DNA of 64,000 nucleotides from Octopus bimaculoides (GCF_001194135.2 NC_068986.1:45718409-45782408), one strand, 5' to 3'. Shown: positions 40,226 to 55,933, counted from the first letter of the stretch. The notes: generated by a model from the letters alone, not told the origin. Numbers and translations: made by a program.

Positions 40226-41076
40226 AAATAGTAAATGAGTATATGCATATATACGTACAGGTATGTGCATACCGACATCCACCTGTATGTATAGGTGCAT
40301 ATCTGGGTACAGGACATTGCAAACAAACGTAGACGAGAACACACGAGCCACATAGAGAACATTCTACTTCATCAGCTATATACATACATACATCTATCAT
40401 ATAGACGTATATATTTATCCAAACGCATATTTATTGTTTATTTGGAATAATCTTTAACAAAGGAAAAATTTTAGCTGAATTTTTATTGAACGACCACTGA
40501 GATTCATAAAATGTTTTGAAACATAAATCAGTTTGTTTTGATATGGAGGGATTTTTCGTTGGAGTAATATTAATAACCGTCTTAACTGTTGTATTCTGAC
40601 CATTTAACTAACAATACCAATAGCAATAAATGTCGATAGGTGCACGAAGTAATGACAGTAAATAAACAATCTCTTGATTCCTTTAAAACTGTTTGGCACA
40701 TATTTGAACCTGCAACTGCTTTTTACTGTAGTTTGCCAAAGAAAATTCCCGTTTAAGTTATATTGAATAATACAGTGATAAATATGCACTATGTTCTAAA
40801 AAAAAGTACAAAATCTTTAAATAGTATTCATGGATTTCTGATAAAGAAAGCAAATCTTCTCAGTTAGTTCAGTGTTGTCTCCTTGGTTTCTAATGCTGAA
40901 GAGAACTAAAGCGTTCGAAACACATCCCATAGAGGACGTTCTGAGCAGACAACGGTGTTCTTACGCCTTTTTTTTTTCATTTTATGCAAAGAATTTTCTC
41001 ATTGGAAAGCTGCAGTGAAAAGCTCTAATAGGATCGTGTATGTTTCAAAATATGTGAACTTATCTACAGTTTGTGT

Positions 41077-41129
<53 letters not shown>

Positions 41130-41177
41130 CACACACAACGGACATGCGCACGCACACACAAACACACACACACACAC

Positions 41178-41231
<54 letters not shown>

Positions 41232-42436
41232 GCACTCGAGTTGCGAGACAAACTCTGATCTTATTAAAAGAACCCTATATCCGTGTCTATGTATGCATGT
41301 ATATATGTATGTATATATGTAAGTAGTTTAAATATATATATATATATAGTTCAAATTTACAGAAAAAGACGAAGACAAGTGTAGGAACAGCAAGCAATGG
41401 AGAGACTATGGAAAAAAACGGAGAGAAAACTATGGAGTTCAGCGATCCAACATGGCATGATGACTGGAAAAAAGAGGTTGAATGAAATGGAGATAATAAT
41501 GGTGATCCCAACTAACTAAAGCGCACAAGCATGTGTGTGTATGTGAGAATGGTGTGTGTGAGTATGTATGTGTGTGTAGGTGTAAGGGAGCGAGGGAGTC
41601 TGACGCGTGTGTGTGCTTTTTCAAGTGGTGTGTGCACATGTGCATGTGTGAGTGACCAAATATTGTGCATGTGTATAGTGTGTTTTTCGGTGAAAGTTAT
41701 CTTTGTCTATACCTGCTGCGTGTGTTTATGCTTGTTGCATGTGTGGGTATATGTTGTCTGTATTCAGGTATTATGTGTTTGTGTAAATGTGGATGTGTGC
41801 TTGATGGTGTGTGGTGTGTCTACGGAGTTAAACAGGGTGTTTGGCTGCTCGTATAGTGGAATGTGTGGCTATTGAAGATTGTGTGTAGGTGTGTAGATAA
41901 TGGTGTGTCGTGTGGGTACTGAGAAGTGGTCGGTGCTAGTGTGTGTGGAGTGGGAAGGTGTGTGCGTGAAGCGAGTATGAGATGAACAGTGTTTATGGGT
42001 GTGTGTATAGTGTGTATATGTAGGTATGTATGCATGCATGTATGTGCACACAGAAAGAGTAATAGTGTGTGTGCTTGCGTGCGTGCGTGTGTGTATATAC
42101 GTATTCTTTACCCATCTGCATGTATTTACTTCCATTTCATAAACACGCAATTACTTCAATGTGCCCCATCCCATCCCTATATAATGTACTCACTACTCAT
42201 ATTCCACAAGAAAACGTTGAAATTTAATCTGAGTTTATTCTGTAGAGACTCACTGTTTAATATCAACTGCATTGATATCGTGTCTTGTGGGATCTACAAA
42301 CGTTATGCGTTTTATCTTCATGCCTCAACTACATAATAAAAAGTGTTGAAATTAAAATCCAAAAGCAATCGTGTGCAAATGTCATCCTCCATAACTAAAC
42401 TGTACTACTACTATATTATACTGCACTGCAACAAAT

Positions 42437-42500
<64 letters not shown>

Positions 42501-45043
42501 GCTAATGCTGCTGTTACATAATTAATGAAACAAATAAGAATATATATGAGATCAAGAGTGAAAATACGTGATAGAGAGGAGAGAAGAAGCGAGAAGTAAG
42601 AGAGATGGTGGATTTTAAGCAACATACATTTCTTTGCATTGTTTTAAAATCTCTTTCCAGTTTAATGTAATTCTCATTCAATGTTATTCTTCGGTTGTAT
42701 TCCTTTTTCTTTTCACTAGGCTTACTCTCACCATAGAAAACGGAACCACAGAGGGTAACAACTTAGAGCTTGTATGCTCGAAGCTTTTCAACATTTTCAA
42801 AGAAATTAAAAACTTTGTTTAGAGTGGATATAAATGTATCAAAGAAGGATCTATGTACTCTACTTTAAGCAATTCCACTCAAGCCGATGTCACTTTCAGG
42901 AACGCAACTCGAAACAGTAATATCACTCTCTTTAATTCAGCAAAACCTAACTAAAGAAAGGAAAAGGGCACTAGAAACTATTAATAATTGATACTATTAT
43001 CATTTATATTTCTGACCACATGTTATTTAAATAATTGCATTATAATGAATAAATTGAATATTAGGGTCTGTGGTTGTTGTTGTTTGAACTAATTGTATCT
43101 CTGGTTATTGTAAATAAATATCTTTTTGTGAATTGTGTAATATATAAGATTTTATATAAATATCATAAATAATAATTGATCTTAATTGTTATATATAATT
43201 ATACGTGTTTGAGTATAAATATCTAAATTATATAAGGTGGTGCTCGAGTATTGTTACCAAAAGTATAAAGAAGAGAAATATAAGATAACACCATCTCTCA
43301 CACTCACATGCACGCATGTACATAACGTCGCCATTATTATGAGAAATCAAGTGTCCCAGATTTAAATTCTCTCATCTAGATTCGGTATAAAGAAATAGTC
43401 TGATGTCTTTTCGATATAAATCAGAAATAGTCTGTCTTTTCAGTTGACTATATCTCAGCGTTATAAATTTATGCTTTTTGTATCAATGCAAACTTCTCGT
43501 TTTCCCTTTTATCTACACGTATACAAAATATATTCATTTAGTTAGATATTTAAATATATTAATTCACTTACAGACAAACAGTGTCTTTTTCCGTATTTTT
43601 TGGTGCCGTATCACATGCAGCTACATCACTCGAGTTACAATCAATTTCTTAAAAAAATTAAGACCATAAAGAAAAGTATAAAATAAGGTAGACTTTAGTG
43701 GTATACTGAAATAATATAAGAGGAAATTTTAGAATTAGTAATAATTAGATATCTGCATATCGTAGCAAACACACAAATGCTCAATTAACAAGTGTTAAAA
43801 CGAAAAAAATTTCTAAGTGATAATAGTCAAATCATTCAAAATCAAGTTATTTCTAAAACTATTATATTGATCTCCGTATATTAGTCAAAAACAAAATGAA
43901 AATATACCAAGTGTTTTCTTTTTGATTTTAAAATAATAATTTATGATTTTATTTGAATGGTATACCACCCCGTTTTTTGAAGGCGCGTGGCCTAATAGTT
44001 AGGGCGTTGTAATCACGATAGTTAGATCGTGGTTTCAATTCATAGACTAGCCGGCGTTGTATTCTCGAGAAAATCAATTAATTTCCTGTCCACTCAGCTT
44101 TAAATAATAACCTTGTGACGGATTAGAGTACACGAGTGAGATGGTGACTCAGGAGAATCATCCGAACAGACGTCTTGAGGGCTTACCACGTCGAAGATTT
44201 TTTGATTGATTGATAAGTATAACTTTGAAAGCGTTAGATAAAAGAACTTACTAAGACAAACATCGGTGTAGTACTTGTCCAACAACTCAAAATGCTTGGT
44301 ACAGTCTTGTTGATATAAACAATGTTTCACATAGTTAAGGTCACTAAAAAAGTAAAGATATTTAAATTACCATTCAAAATTTTACATCAACAAAAAACAA
44401 AAGTAACATGTTTTATGTATTTCTAATCATACGTTATCGAATCACTAAGGTCTACATTTGTATGCTCTAAATGAAAGGTTCTCAACAGATAGAGGAGACA
44501 TATGCCCCCACCCACCCCGGGAGCTATTTGGAACTCGAAGGGGTGCCTTTTGGGGAAAGGGACACTAGGGAGGCGTTAAGAGACCTGGGGTGCGAGGTGG
44601 CACTGGAAGTTCCTCAACTTTAATAAGTTTAATTTGAAATTAATGAGTAGTAGCCATATTTTCACGTCTCCGCGACACTCAATTTTAAGAAAACCATGCC
44701 TTTTTGTTTCAAATTTCCAAAAACTTAAAAAATACTTTTTTCCCTTTGACGACACCAAGCAAATTCTAAAAACAGATGAATGGTGACAGACGACTAAAAG
44801 AGAAAAGTAATGAATAAAAGCGAAAAGCTGAATCTGTATGTATGTGTGTATTCATGTGCAAATATATAAAGAATTGTGGTCAGAACTTTGAATCAAACTG
44901 GCTTTTGGGAGTGGTTGATAAGTATGTATCGTGTATGTGTGTGTATGTATGGGTACGTTTGTATGTATATGATTGCGTGTATTACCATCTTGAATTCCTT
45001 TCTGCGATTGAACTTAAGTTGGGCTTGGATATGAAAGACCCAA

Positions 45044-45111
<68 letters not shown>

Positions 45112-45696
45112 NNNNNNNNNNNNNNNNNNNNNNNNNNNNNNNNNNNNNNNNNNNNNNNNNNNNNNNNNNNNNNNNNNNNNNNNNNNNNNNNNNNNNNNNN
45201 NNNNNNNNNNNNNNNNNNNNNNNNNNNNNNNNNNNNNNNNNNNNNNNNNNNNNNNNNNNNNNNNNNNNNNNNNNNNNNNNNNNNNNNNNNNNNNNNNNNN
45301 NNNNNNNNNNNNNNNNNNNNNNNNNNNNNNNNNNNNNNNNNNNNNNNNNNNNNNNNNNNNNNNNNNNNNNNNNNNNNNNNNNNNNNNNNNNNNNNNNNNN
45401 NNNNNNNNNNNNNNNNNNNNNNNNNNNNNNNNNNNNNNNNNNNNNNNNNNNNNNNNNNNNNNNNNNNNNNNNNNNNNNNNNNNNNNNNNNNNNNNNNNNN
45501 NNNNNNNNNNNNNNNNNNNNNNNNNNNNNNNNNNNNNNNNNNNNNNNNNNNNNNNNNNNNNNNNNNNNNNNNNNNNNNNNNNNNNNNNNNNNNNNNNNNN
45601 NNNNNNNNNNNNNNNNNNNNNNNNNNNNNNNNNNNNNNNNNNNNNNNNNNNNNNNNNNNNNNNNNNNNNNNNNNNNNNNNNNNNNNNNNNNNNNNN

Positions 45697-45756
<60 letters not shown>

Positions 45757-46703
45757 ACATATATATTGTGGGGGCATAATGGCCCAGTGGTTAGGGCGGT
45801 GAATTCGCGGTCTTAAAATTGCGGTTTCGATTCCCTGACCGAGCGTTGTGAGCGAAAACGCCTAAAGCTCCACGAAACTCCGGAAGGGGATGGTGACGAA
45901 CCCTGCTATACTCTTTCTCTCACTCTTTCTCCTTGTGTCTGTTGTACTTGTATTTCAAAGTGTCAGTCTTGTTACACTCTGTGTCACGCTGAATCTCCCC
46001 GAGAACTACGTTAATAGTACACATGTCTGTGAAGTTAATTTGACGAGCAGGCTGTTCTGTTGATTGGATCAACTGGAACCCTCATCGTTGTAACCAACGG
46101 AGTACCACTAAAAGAAAAAAAAGAACTATGTATATGAATGGGAGGAATTACGATGTAAGCACGTGCTAAAACCTCTCATACCTTCTTTATCTTTATGAAT
46201 TTTTACAAGTGTTTTTTTCGATTTTGTCATCGATTCTGTCTTCTGCATAATGGAATTGATACGATTATGCAACACCCCAACCAATTTTTTTTAATACGGA
46301 CAATCCGAATCTGCCATTCATTTCTCTTTATAATTTCCAAATAGTCTTTTAATACTTTTCTGGAAGAGAGTCAATTGACTGCCTTCACACTTATTTACAT
46401 AATCCTGGACTTTAAATGTAAAATGCCAGTGACATGCTGCATGTTTAGCAGACAGACAACCGTCCAGTGGTACGACATATAGTCCAAGTACACGAAAGCC
46501 TTCTTTTTAAGAGGAAACATGATGTTGGAAAAGTGGTGAAGAAGTTTGGGATAGTTGTGATTGTCTTAACCGACGGTGTGCTAGTTTTTTTATGTGCATG
46601 TGCATTAATAAGGATATAATTAAAACAATTGGTATACACCCACGTATATATACATAGATACATACATACGTACATACATACATGCATAAACACACACACA
46701 CAC

Positions 46704-46750
<47 letters not shown>

Positions 46751-48593
46751 AATATCAGAAAATCAATATTAGAAAATTCTTCAGAAAGATATATACGTGT
46801 GTAAAATAATTGTTTTATTAAAATATAAATATATATGAATATATGTAAATATGTATAAGTATAAATATACAATAATAAATATGAGAGTTTAAAAGTTTTG
46901 AATTAAGTTTTTAAAGCATCTTACGATTGTTTCGTTGAAGTGTTGTCCCTATAATGGAATCCTATATTGATAAGCATTTAGAGAGAGCTCTTCTGCTCTT
47001 CAGAGATATAAAATTTGAAATTTGTATAATTTATCGAATGGAATATAAGACAATATAATGTATTTTATACATAATTATTATGGATTACTACAGAAGAATT
47101 ACCAAGGAGGCATATATGAATTTCAAGATTCTCATACTAAAGTGTACTTACCAAAATCAAAAGCAGTAATTTTTAATTTATATTTCAAACAAACACCATT
47201 TTCCCATATTATTTCATATTAAAAAAAAAAACTGCCATTCGTTAAATTATACAAATTTCACATTTGATATTTCTGAGGAGCAGAAAAGTTATCTATAAAT
47301 GCTTATCAATATAGGATTTCATTATAGGAACAGCACTTCTGCCAAACGATCGTACGATGCTTTAAAAACTTAATTCAAAACTTTTAAACTGTCATATTTA
47401 TTATTATATATTTATACTTATACATATTTACATATATTTATATATACTCTTTTACTCTTTTATTGTCTAAGTCTATGAACTATAATTGGAATACAGGACA
47501 ATATAATGGATTTTACACATAATTATTATGGATTATTACAGAAGACTTACCAAGGAAGCATATATGGATTTAAAGACTCTCATACTAAAGTGTACTTACC
47601 AAAATCAACAGCAGTAATTTTTAATTTTTAATTTATATTTCAAACAAACACCATTTTACCATATTACTTCATATTAAAAAAAAAAAACTACCATTCGATA
47701 AATTGCACAAATTTCATATTTTATATATCTGAAGAGCAGAAGAATTGTCTATAAATGCTTATCAATATAGGATTCCATTATAGGAACAGCACTTCTGCCA
47801 AACGATCGTACGATGCTTTAAAAACTTAATTCAAAACTTTTAAACTGTCATATTTATTATTATATATTTATACTTATACATATTTACATATATTTATATA
47901 TACTCTTTTACTCTTTTACTCTTTTACTTGTTTCAGTCTTTTGACTGTGGCCATGCTGGAGCACCGCCTTTAGTCGAGCAAATCGACCCCAGGACTTATT
48001 CTTTGGAAGCCTAGTACTTATTCTATCGGTTTTTTTTGCCGAACCGCTAAGTTACAGGGACGTAAACACAACACTATCGATTGTCAAGCGATGTTGGGGG
48101 GACAAACACATACACAAACACATATATATATATACATATATACGACGGGATTCTTTTCAGTTTCCGCCTACCAAATCCACTCACAAGGCTTGGGTCGACC
48201 CAAGGCTATAGTAGAAGACACTTGCCCAAGATGCCACGTAGTGTGACTGAACCCGGAACCATGTGGTTGGTAAGCAAGCTATCTTTAATACAACAATTAT
48301 TTTACACACGTATATATCTTTCTGAAAATTTTTCTAATATTGATTTCCTGATATTAATAATAATATATTATAACATATATATATATATAATCGCTCGTAT
48401 TAAATACATAAACACTATAAAAGTATTAATACTTTGATACAATAGAGCACTCAATATAAATTGAGTATATAATATTCTCANNNNNNNNNNAATCACCGAA
48501 CCTCGAGCTTAACTATGGTCTATCCGTAGCACTTACTCAGCATTACCTGAAACCTCTGGGTCTAATTGACACCACTACCGCTCATAACCCCTG

Positions 48594-48631
<38 letters not shown>

Positions 48632-50215
48632 TATACATATAAAACAAAGCCTAATGGTGAGAATTTAAAAAAACTTTAGGGGCAAATGGTTTTCACTATG
48701 AATTTCAATTTAATCGGAATCTACACGATCTGAAGTATATTTGTAGAAAAGAAATATTTTAATTTTCTCGAGGTTATGAAGAAGCAAATATTCATATATA
48801 CGCAAAGATGTATATAAAACTAACTCTGTATGTATGTGCATGTGTGTATATTCGTATGCTTCTGTATGCGTTTATATATGTATATGTGTAAGTTTCAGAA
48901 GATGTTAGAATAATGGAATAAAAGTAAGTCATAATAAAAGATCTCCCAAAAACTACTGTTTCTGGCACAGATATTTACGCAATTTTGATTTTGAAGCATT
49001 TAAAAAATTATTTGGAAATTATAAAGAGAAACAAATGGTAGATTCGGACTGTCCGTATTTTAAAACCACGAATTTAAAAAAAGATTGTGAGTGTGTCAAA
49101 TTCTTTCTCCAGAAGTTTATGGTTTCACAGGAATAAGCGTGGAAAACTGCATCAATATAACCAATTTTCGGATTTTTTTACTTCCTTTTAAAAAATGCAA
49201 ATTTTGTGAATGAAACAAACTAGATCCTGAATAAGAAATGAATGTTTAATATGACAAATTTTCAGAATATTTTACGTCATTTTAAAAGAGAGCTGATTTT
49301 GTGACACAAACTAACTAGATCCAAGTATAGTAAATACCATCCACCACAATTTTCTACTCATATGAAGTACATATGTATTTCAACAATTTCTATCAAATAC
49401 ACTTTCTTTCTTGAGCATAAAATGTCCTCTTCCCGAGTGACTACTTATATGTCAGATTGTTGCACAAGTTCTAGCCGCTTTGATAAGGGAAATCGGAAAG
49501 CTTTGAAATGATTTCATTAGCATTTACTTGTACCAAAGAGAACCTTTTCGATAGACAACACGTTGATTTCATAAGTGTTGCGTAGTGTAAATAAATGCAA
49601 TTACCAAACTTTCAATTTATTATTTGTTTTTTTTTTATTGCTTCTCAGTTTCTACATCTGTACTCCCGATTGCGTACAAGCGCATATGTAAAACGACGTC
49701 CTATATTTTTTAAATCAATATCTACTGATATCAAAATAAGTGATATATTTTAAAATAAAACATTTTCTAGGGGGTGGAGGGCATTTGTGACTCTAAGGGT
49801 CAAAAGCTGGCGTTTGGCCAAAATGGGTTGAGAATCTTTGCTTTAAATAAATTCTAAATTATACATTCCTATATAATTATATTCTTTTCTACTCTAAGCA
49901 CAAGGTACGAAATTTTTGGGGAGGGGCCCAGTCGGTTAGATCGACCTAGTATGTAACTGGTACTTAATTTATCGACCCCGAAAGGATGAAAGGCAAAGTC
50001 GATTTTGGCGGAATTTGAACTCAGAACGTAAAGACAGACGAAATACCGTTAATCATTTCGCCCGGCGTGCTAACGTTTCTGCCAATTCGCCGCTTTCCTA
50101 TATAATTATATTAACACAGATACCCATCACATGTACATACATACATACACATACATGCATACATACATGCATACATACATGCATACATACATACATACAT
50201 ACATACATACGTACG

Positions 50216-50256
<41 letters not shown>

Positions 50257-53149
50257 GCACCAGACCAGATGACTACATCCATGGCCAAACCTTCGATCCT
50301 ATTATTGTATGAAATCAGAAGAGGAAGTTATCGAGCGTAATATCCAACAGAGAGTATCAAAAACAGTAATAAAAGTGTCTAGACTCAAAATCCCGACCTC
50401 TGCTGTGGTTGAAAAGAGTCCTTGAAAACATAGAATATACTCTAAAGAAGACGCGCTATTCTAGTCGCCTTCAACTGTACCAATAAAAGGCTTTGTACTA
50501 CGATCTTCTTACACCTAATCAACGCATTCAAATCTCTCAAAGCGCAAGCAACGCAAACTCGGTCACCATATGAAGTTTTAATAGAGACCAAATCTGTATC
50601 TCAAATACTTGAATTCCTCGGTGGCGAGAGAAAATATTTCAGCCATGATCAGTTTTGATTTACACCAAAGTCAATAAAACCGTAATTGTATTACTACTGA
50701 CGTATTTGAAGCGGAGCTGTTGTTACACACACCTTAGATAACTTCTAGAAAGACTAGTCAACGAGGCGAGGGAAGCTCTATGTTGTTGCTTGATCTATCA
50801 GAAATAACAGCCAGTTTCTCTCAATTCACATCCTGCTGTCTTAAGAAAAAGGCGGACATATTGGCATTGTATACACAGGCATTGTATACACAAACACATA
50901 CACGCGCACACACACACACACACACACACGCACGCATCCCCCCACAAACAGATACATACACACACACATTCATATCTGCAAGGATGGATCAAAAGAATAT
51001 TAAAGAATATCATTCTACCTTTAATCGATCCACCCTGAAACTATCTTATTCTACTTCACCCAACTTCGAATCTATTGTAGTAGCCTCTAATAAGCAAAAG
51101 CTCATTCTTTACTATCAAAACTCACATAACTACAACACACACACAACTCCAGCACAGATACCCTTATATTAGACCACAACCACAACCCAACCCATCCTAC
51201 TGACACTGCCCCGGGACACCACCACAATCTCTACCACCCTTACAAATAGTGCAATTAATAACAACAATAGTAATAATAGCAATGTTGGTAATGATAACGG
51301 TAATAATACTAATAATATAGAATTTTCTACCCCTTTCTATAACCTCTCCTCTGACGATACTACCTCCTCTATTACTGAGCACACTCCCCAAAATTCACCT
51401 AATTGTAATTGCCGTCTCCCCATTACAGATGGAACCATCTGCCCGTTACAAACCCATTGCAAAAGATATAATGTAATTTACAAATGCACTGTCCTTTATC
51501 TATTACACAACTCTACAGCCATATACATAGGATCAACCAAACATTTTAAGCAACGATATGCCGCTCACTTCCATTCTTTTAGATACGATAAACATAGTAA
51601 ATCTACAACACTTGCTAACCAGATACATCATCTCAAAAATACAAATATACCCTATACTCTATCATGGTCAATACTGGACTCAGGACTTCCCTACCGAGGT
51701 CAACGCTCAACTCTCCAGCACTGCTAAATAAACATAATGAGGCACTAAGCACATGCATAGAACAAAGATGCAGTGTGTTTATCAGAAAATGGCTAGGTCT
51801 TCCAAAACTGCTGAATACAACTGCACTATGTGGAAAGCCCGTGATGAAACTACCGATAACATCAATCGTCGAAGACTATGAGGCAGGAAATAGGTGAGGA
51901 CGCTAATGATGCTAAGGTGTATTCGAAAGATCAGAACATCCGAGAAAATCCTCCAGAGGTAGGAATAGGGAAGAAATGGAAAGCGGAAGAAGCAGTAAAT
52001 AGTGCGATCAGAAAGCGACGGTGAGATATGTTCTGTCAAACTGCAGGCTAGCATTAGACAAATATACATGACGTCACAACCAAGTTCTCGGTGTCATAAG
52101 TGCACCACTCAAGGGGGAAATCGAGAGATAGAATAGGGGTGAGAACCTAAAAGTGAAAAAACGCTGAAGAATATACTTCAAGAAGGTAAAAGGATATAAG
52201 ACTAGGCCTTCAAAAAAAGTATACGAGACAGATGAAATAGGGAAAGGATACTGGGAGCTGGCCGCGGATTTGGAAAGATTATTAATATGTCCACTCATAA
52301 AATCAACAAAAAGACCAGACTTAATCTTATGGAATACAGACCGGAAAATTGGAATTTTACTATAACTGGCAGTGCCGTGGGAAGAGAACATCTCTAATGC
52401 AGAGCAACGGAAAGAGAGGAGGTATGGAAAATTAATCGAAGAGTGCGGGGAACAGGGGTGGACTGTCGAGTATTACCACCTGGCAGTGGGGCTAGAGGCT
52501 TCATTGAAAGGAAAATAGTAATGTTATTTAAAAGAAGATTTGCATTTTTAAAGCACAGAACTGAGAAAAGTAATAAAGAAGATACAGGAGGCAGTCAACA
52601 GGGCCAGCTTCTATATATGGCTGAAACGAAAAGACACGAAATGGTTCGAAAGCCATACTATGCCGACTGAGAGATAGCGTCGCCAGGTGAGACTGGCTGG
52701 TATTTACACAGCGTTGCTGCTTGACGGCTGGGCCGAGGGAACCATCTCGTTCATTGCGCGCCTTTCCCCTCCTTTAGTCAGTAGACTGCGCCACGTGACA
52801 GTCAGTCGATGCGGGCTGTTGAAGCTCAGATTGTGACAGTTACCTGGCGCTAGTTGTCGGAGCCTACCGGCGAGTATATAAAGGGCAATTGGCAAGGTGG
52901 TCATTTGCCCGCTGACATTCGTTGACGTTGCATGGAAGACGATGCGATCAAAGAAAAACCATGCAGCCTATGGAGCTTTCCAAATGGCACACCTAAACAA
53001 ATATTACTTCGATACTTTTTTGTCATTATGAAGCATATCTCACATAGCCCATTTCTCGAGAGGGGTGCCCATGCTTGATATAGATCCACAATATCCTATT
53101 TACTCGGCTTGTATTGGACGTATCATTGGCAAATTCCAGAGTGAGAGAG

Positions 53150-53241
<92 letters not shown>

Positions 53242-55876
53242 GGGAGGGAGAGAACGAGAGAGGGAGAGAAGTCACTAGTGCTTCCTTTTGAATAAGGCAG
53301 AGACATGGAGGAGGAAAGCAACTGAGAACGAAGAGAAACTCCCTAGAAAATAGTAAAAATGAATTCATGTTACATAATTACAATATTAGGTATAGCTGCA
53401 GGCGGTTTCGTGAGATGTCCGCATGGATAACAATAAAAGCATGATTATACCCAAATGAATCCAAACGTTCCTTGATAGCATCAATGTTACTTGGCATATT
53501 AGAGGCAGCGGTATTGTCGGAAGGTACCGAAAACCATATAATTTCCAAATGACAGTGTCCTATAGCGTAAGCTAAGGAAAAATATGTGTTATGTTTATAT
53601 AGGAGTAAGTACTATTCTTGTTTAGTCTCAGATCATCTCATAGTGCTTTCCTATCTAAAGTATTGGGTCATTCCATAAATAATGCGGTTTTTTCAATTGC
53701 ATGAACTAGAAGTCGGAGGGGGAGGGATAAACTACTTGCATCAACTTGCTATAAAAATTGGTAGTAATTTTACCTTGTGCTTATTCTTAGTGCAAATTTT
53801 GAAGAGTGTTGTTCGATTTTAACAGTTATTTTTTCAAAGCTATAATGGAAGTGACAAAGGAGCATATTCGGCATATTTTGCTTTATGAGCTCAATAAAGG
53901 CAACAACGCAACGGAAAGCGTGAGGAATATTAATGCATATGTGGGGATCGGACAATAAGCGTAAGTCAGTGTCAACGGTGGTTCCAGAAATTAGGCCTCG
54001 CCCTAGAAGATCTGTAGAGCTCGACGAGGACGTCTTGCAAACTCTGGTGGAACAAAATTCCATCGTAACTGTTGAGGAACTAGTAGAGAAGGTTGGATTT
54101 GCTCATTCAGTCATTCATCGACACCTGCAAATTGAGTCAACGGGTTCCTCACAAACTTTCCGTGTCTAATCGCGCGCAGAGAGTGAATGTCTGCTCTTCT
54201 TTGCTGTCACGTCTCACGAATGAAACTTCTTTTTAGACCGAATAGTGTCTGGTGACAAGAAATGGTTTCACTATAAAAATGTCAAGCGCTGAAGACAGTA
54301 ATTAGGGAAAGGAGAAACACTGGCATCCCAGGCTAAAGAAGTTGGTGTTATCTGTTTGGTGAGAAAAAAAAAAACGTTTAGTCTACTTTGAACTTTTAAA
54401 CTCAAACCAAACGATAACAAAGGAGATCTGCTGCGAGCAGCTTGAGCGGATTAAGTCAGTGCTAGAAGAAAAGCGACTATCTTTAGTTTCAAGAGTATTC
54501 TTCCATCAGGATAATGCTCGGCCACATACAGTGAAGATGACATTCCAAAGGTTAGAGCAGCTTTAATGGGAAACGATGCCCTACCCACCATATTCATCAG
54601 ACATTGCCCCATCTGATTATCATTCATTCTGCAGTCTTTAAATACATTTGGACGGAAAAAGATATGAATTCTGTAGACGAGGTCAGAACAGTACTGGAAG
54701 AGTATGTTTCGTCACAGACAAGTGAATTTTGGAAGAGAGGCCTTGCAAGTCTACCAGATAGATGGAAGAGCATTGTTGAAAATGAGGGAGAGTATGTTTT
54801 AGATTAAAAAAGAACTTTGTTTATCTTAATTCTGAAAAATAAAAGATGCATAAAAAAGCGCGTTATTTATGGGATGACCCAATAGTTTTGTCTATGTGTT
54901 CTGAATACTTTCGTTTATGTATCGCTAACTATTTGAGACTGATGATATCTGACTTATGTATCAATATTATTTTTTTTATCGTATTCATATCTTCCATCTG
55001 ACTATTTGAATTCACACACATTAAATACATCCAGTAGGGGTTACGTATCACTAGATACTCGATTTTCACATTCAGATAAAAGCGTATAAGAGAATTCTCA
55101 TCGCATAGGTGCAACATTTTTAGTTCATTCTTACAATGTATTTCTACTAATTCTTTTCGTGTTTTATAGAACAATTGTGATATAATTGTGATAACAAATC
55201 ACGTAGGCTGAACTATTGTTAATGGTTTTGACTGTGATCTCTTCGTTACGTTATTTTGAGAGCAGCTAGTTCAATATCATCTTAACTTACATGAAATACA
55301 TGACATGGAAATGCATGACAATTCGGATATTGTATCTAATCTTACCTGCATGAATTTAACTTTGAACTTCTACAAATCTGAATGTTACTTGTTTTACAAT
55401 CTTTGGCTTCCTCCTCTATAAAGATAACAAAAAATAAAAGCAATGTCATAATTTGAAAGTATAGCCGTTACGTTCGTAATTATATAAATGCGCACGTTTC
55501 GATTCGAAAACTGATGAAAGGGATCTTATTTCATCAGAACTATGTTCCAGCACACAAGTCTTTACTCTCAATGGCTGCTATGCGTGACTGACTTTGAACT
55601 GGTTGATCACCTTCCCTATTCTCTTGATTTGTCCTCATCTAACTATCATCTATTACCCAGCATGAACAAACACTTGACTAGGAACCAGTGTTGCAGAGCT
55701 GATAACGTCATATCTGCTGATCAACAGGACGAAACTTCTTCACTAATGGGTTCCAAACACTGCAACACCAATGAAAGAAGTGCGTGAACCAAAAGAGGGA
55801 CTATGTAGAAAAATAAGCCTCATTTGGTCACATTCCATGAGAGTATCTTGATCAGCCTATAGACGTTTCAACTACC

Positions 55877-55933
<57 letters not shown>

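Noticed and set aside
40582-40709. Minus-strand frame [31 protein letters not shown], resembling a module plus tail
   Set aside because: No polypyrimidine tract, Cys spacing x9/x7 does not fit, and phase 1 is incompatible with upstream exon A3 (phase 2).
42254-42293. 40-nt phase 1-2 candidate exon ([12 protein letters not shown]) with gtgagt donor
   Set aside because: No Cys, weak acceptor, and it lies between A3 and B3 where a phase-1 entry breaks the frame.
50280-50860. Possible LINE RT remnant on the + strand
   Set aside because: Motif resemblance too weak to support by eye.
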